In this document: positions 60,393 through 64,000 of the stretch, piece by piece | Layout: every line of letters begins with the position of its first letter | How positions within the stretch are numbered: position 1 is the stretch's first letter | Assembly: GCA_002633005.1 (NCBI GenBank) | Contig: NMRA01000556.1 | Coordinates: 1-64,000, forward strand | Direction: 5' to 3' | DNA: 64,000 nt | DNA from: Phoronis australis | Taxonomy: Eukaryota > Animalia > Phoronida | The notes under the pieces: model-generated | Told to the model about the DNA's origin: nothing | Seen by the model: only the letters and a program-made list of their open reading frames with translations | The model's database searches: none | Program-made: the position numbers and the translations under genes

Positions 60393-62177
60393 TTGTTACC
60401 AATCCGTGAAATGAATGATGACGTGATCCTTCAGCTTTGAATTTGCAGACCTTAAACTACCGTAAACTCACGGGTTATGCCCTAGGCGATTAAATTAGGA
60501 AACCCCGAGACGGAGTGGGCGATTACCCGAGCAGTAGTCGCTTAAACCGAAAAATTGGCAAAAAGTTGATCAGGGGTGGGCGCTTACGTCCAAATTTTAG
60601 CCGAACTGGACAAGCTCGCAGGATGTTAATTCGAGCACTGAACTTGTAAGTTTGGTCAAACAGCGGGAGCCGACAACCACAAAAATTCTCACGGCTCAAA
60701 CAGAGATAGAATTTTGACATTGAAAAGGTGGTTTCGCGAGAACGTTGGTAGAATCTCTGGTGTTTCCTAGTATATTAGCACACTTCAAAATTTCATACCA
60801 CGGAACTTCATGAAACTTGGATGGCAGTCCACTTACCGTATCAGCAAGCACCATTTCAGATCAGTGAACAGGGCTACTTTTCGTTTGCAGCGCCATTGTA
60901 TTGTTAGTGTTGTTCGTAGGACCACATTATGAGCAGCTAAGTCAGCAGGATGCTTACTGTGGTCAACAACACTTGTCAGCTAAGAACAGTTAAGCATTGC
61001 TCTTCTTGTCTATTGCACTGAGGTGAAAGAAGGACCGAATGGTCAAATTTGAGGATATGTGACACTGTACATTGTTGTGAGAAAAAACATTTTTTAACTA
61101 AAACCCTTATTGTGCCAGCATTGAGTGGTCTTGTGGTACAAGACAGGTTCCTGTTTCTTTCAGAATTAGCTTCACTCACTTTATGGTGTAGTAGTGCTGC
61201 CATATTCAGTCGCTAGTTTTTAAAGCTTTTCTCCGTTGGATGTTTACTAACTACTATCATTGCTCTGTGCTTGTGCAAATATATACAAAAACGTGGTGTT
61301 GCCTTCATAGAGCCAAGCAATGTGGCAATGTAAAATAGTAAAAAGCAGTGCAGTAAATAAGCATCTCAAAAATACTGTTTTAAGTTAAGAAAATAATGCG
61401 AAACTCTCCTCTTACTAAAAACAACACAAAAATTCCCCTTTTATAAGGTACAAGCACCTTTCCCCTCAGGTGAGTGAGGAGCCTAAATCAGATTAGAGTG
61501 TTAGTCATGACTAGAAAATTTTAATGTAAACAGTTTAGTCATTGATTAGGGGTTGAGTATGTCCTAATTATGTAAATGGAGTGACTAAAACACGGTTAAC
61601 AGACCGCCAAACACGGGTCACGGACTCATTGGCTTCCTGGGTCAGCTGACATCTACATTTTGTCCGTAAACCGTGTTTGGCGGTCCGTTAATCGCGTTTC
61701 TTCGTGAATGTGAATCTTGTGTCCCGTCTATTTGGGTGAATGGATCGTGTTTTGTGAGTCCGTTCCCGTGTTAGTGAGTCAGTGGATGGTGTTTGCAGGT
61801 CCGTGAGTCATGATCATGCGTCCATGACGGTGTTTATGAGTCCGTTTACCATGTAGTTTAGGTACCTTGGGCTTTACTTGTTACCTGTGTTGCAATGGAG
61901 AAAACGTGCCTCCAGCAAGGGAAAATATGAACAAAAATGGAGAGATATGTCACTCCCTCCATCTGAGTCGATATGATTCACACTGACGAGAGACATGTCT
62001 GCTAAGGCTTAAAGGAGAATGCCACCCGATTTAATTAGTCTTTTTTGCCGTCTTAATCGGTCTATATCCACATCGCCTCGCATACGGTCGACCTTACCTT
62101 GCCAAGAGGTGTCGCGTTCACCTGCGAAGATGGTGAGAAACGACGCTAGCGACGTCAGTGGTTCATATGCAGTGTGA

Positions 62178-62412
62178 ATGCCGCTTCGTTGCGGTGCATC
62201 GTTCCCGCTTGTCCGAACTAAGCAGCTCCGAGGAAAGCGGGTATATCGTTTTTGTTTTACTTCCTCGAGAGTCCGAAATGCTTAGGAAGTGGCTCATGGT
62301 ACTGAAGAATAAAATGTATGCTGTAAATAGCAAGTATAAGGCCGTGAAACATCTCTGTGTCTGTGGCCTGCAGACGTCGACAGTGCCTGAGGAATGCTGT
62401 CTTACCAAATAA
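62178..62412 (+). pseudogene. THAP-domain remnant (frameshifted)
   Basis: RCIVPACPN in one frame, then LLPRESEMLRKWLMVLK..HLCVCGL in the next. Confidence 0.55.
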
Positions 62413-62690
62413 CTCCATACGTTCCGTTGTCTGAGCTTTTTCACGGCGCCTCTCTAGTATTTCTTCATCACTGTATTCCTGTTCGAATTGATTGCCTGTA
62501 AAACTTAACGATCCACCAGCGAAGTCGGGTGTGATGAGCTCTAGCTCGTCCTGTCGGGATTGCGAGTTGCCGTGTTGGCGTTTTTTACTGAGCGTTCTGT
62601 TTCAAAATGAACTATTCTCACCCTAACCAATACTTATATAAAACTGAAACAAAGTCTGTCACATTAGATTCAATTTGTAATGCCTTTGGA

Positions 62691-63110
62691 GCAGGCCTTT
62701 ATCCAGGATTTCGAAAATAGGGTGTCCAAAATGGGGTTCCCAATATTCCAGGGCATCCATAATTCCAAGGTTTTTACATCTAAGTTTGCAAAACAGTCTT
62801 CTGTAGTGAGCATTTTAAATAAAATTTGGTGTAAACCAAGACTTTTACAATGCTATCAACAAAGTATGAGCATAGCAACATTATATATTGTATATTTCTT
62901 CCTGCTTTGAAAAAAGAGCCCCCACTGAGCCTTCAGAGGCTTCCTAGTAATCACTACAATGTGTGTGTTCAAACTTGAAAGGTTCCTATTGACAGTGGGC
63001 ATCCAAATGATACATTGGGCGTCCTTGCCAGAGCATCCATATTAGTGCCAGGAGGTATGCTGCATAAAGGCCTGCTTTGGAGTGTTCGTGAGTGCAAATG
63101 ATTTGAGAAG
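62691..63110 (+). mobile_element. Repeat family C, probably a non-autonomous DNA transposon; related pieces at 47878-47940 and 48695-48835
   Basis: Shared GAAAATAGGGTGTCCAAAATGGGGTTCCCA block and a shared internal block of about 140 bp (ACAATGTG..AATGATACA..AAGGCCTGC). Confidence 0.55.
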
Positions 63111-64000
63111 CCAGCAATGAATAAATCACTGCGTTACCGGCTTTAGGTGCAATAAAACTAGTTGACGGGACACGGAGGCCATGTGAGCTCATGCTAATTT
63201 AGTGTTTGCTGGCAGAAACTGTTGTGACACAACTCGATTTCCATCCCTCGGCCAGGTGTTAGGGTAATCTTCATTTACATTTACATTACTCAAATAATGA
63301 TTGTCAATGTACAACTTCTGCCCTGGCGATGCTGTGGCCAAAGCGGAACCTGAATTTGCGGCCCCCGACGAGTAAGTAGATTTGCAGTTTCGTGGGTAAT
63401 TCACCAACCTAATCACGTGCACATTACTTTGGCTCACTAGTATAGTATTTTCTTGACTGGAAGTTTAGTTTCCACTGAACTTTGGCTGGTTTATGTTCGT
63501 GATGTCTGATCAGTTTCCGAGCCACTGGCCGGGATAACTCCGACCGGCCGCGACGGGCCTGATCGGGCTCCGACCCACTGGCCAGGATAACGAGCGTTTT
63601 GTGTTTAGAACTCAAAAATCGCAAGTCTAAACAACACAGATCTAGGTTCTCCTGTCTGTATCTCACGGAAAATACTTCGAAATTATCTCCGAACAGACCC
63701 CAAACTCCTGCTACGGACCTTATTGGCCTGCCGAACTTTGTAGGCTACGGTGTGTCCAAATACCAATAAATCCATTAGAGCAAAATAAAACAACACGTTT
63801 TTATAAGAGCTCGGTGTATTTTCAAGGGGTTTACATCGAAGTTTGATGATTTATTGGTGTTAAACGATGACTTCAAGCGATAAGCTGACATCAGTAACCC
63901 GTGTTGTGAACTGCTGAACAGACTGCGTGTTAAACCGATGACGTCATTGGATTATTTCGACACCTCCGTCTTCCGTCAGGTGTCAGGTAACGCAACCGTA

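Overview
AT-rich, intron-containing animal DNA from a draft assembly (three N gaps plus several single-N joins). The repeat content suggests an invertebrate, possibly a mollusc or other lophotrochozoan; this is an inference. Three spliced protein-coding genes were rebuilt by hand from splice sites and reading-frame phase: OGG1 (minus, 6 coding exons, 15337-25796, 376 aa), LRRIQ3 (plus, 6 coding exons, 28491-34745, about 776 aa, head-to-head with OGG1) and mitochondrial ribosomal protein MRPS2 (minus, 3 coding exons, 38503-50566, 285 aa, tail-to-tail with LRRIQ3). The rest is decayed mobile DNA: LINE fragments (CR1/L2-, Tx1- and RTE-like), tRNA-derived SINE heads, three THAP-domain or P-element remnants, MITEs, a Penelope-type hammerhead motif, and many mini- and microsatellites. 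I found no convincing new multi-gene system. The best leads are a 139-nt hairpin whose mismatches suit single-stranded DNA, a 94-bp P-type MITE with a perfect 8-bp target-site duplication, a candidate spliced TATA-driven antisense transcript between OGG1 and LRRIQ3, a basic NLS-like insertion in OGG1, and a coding tandem repeat plus a possible alternative first exon in MRPS2.
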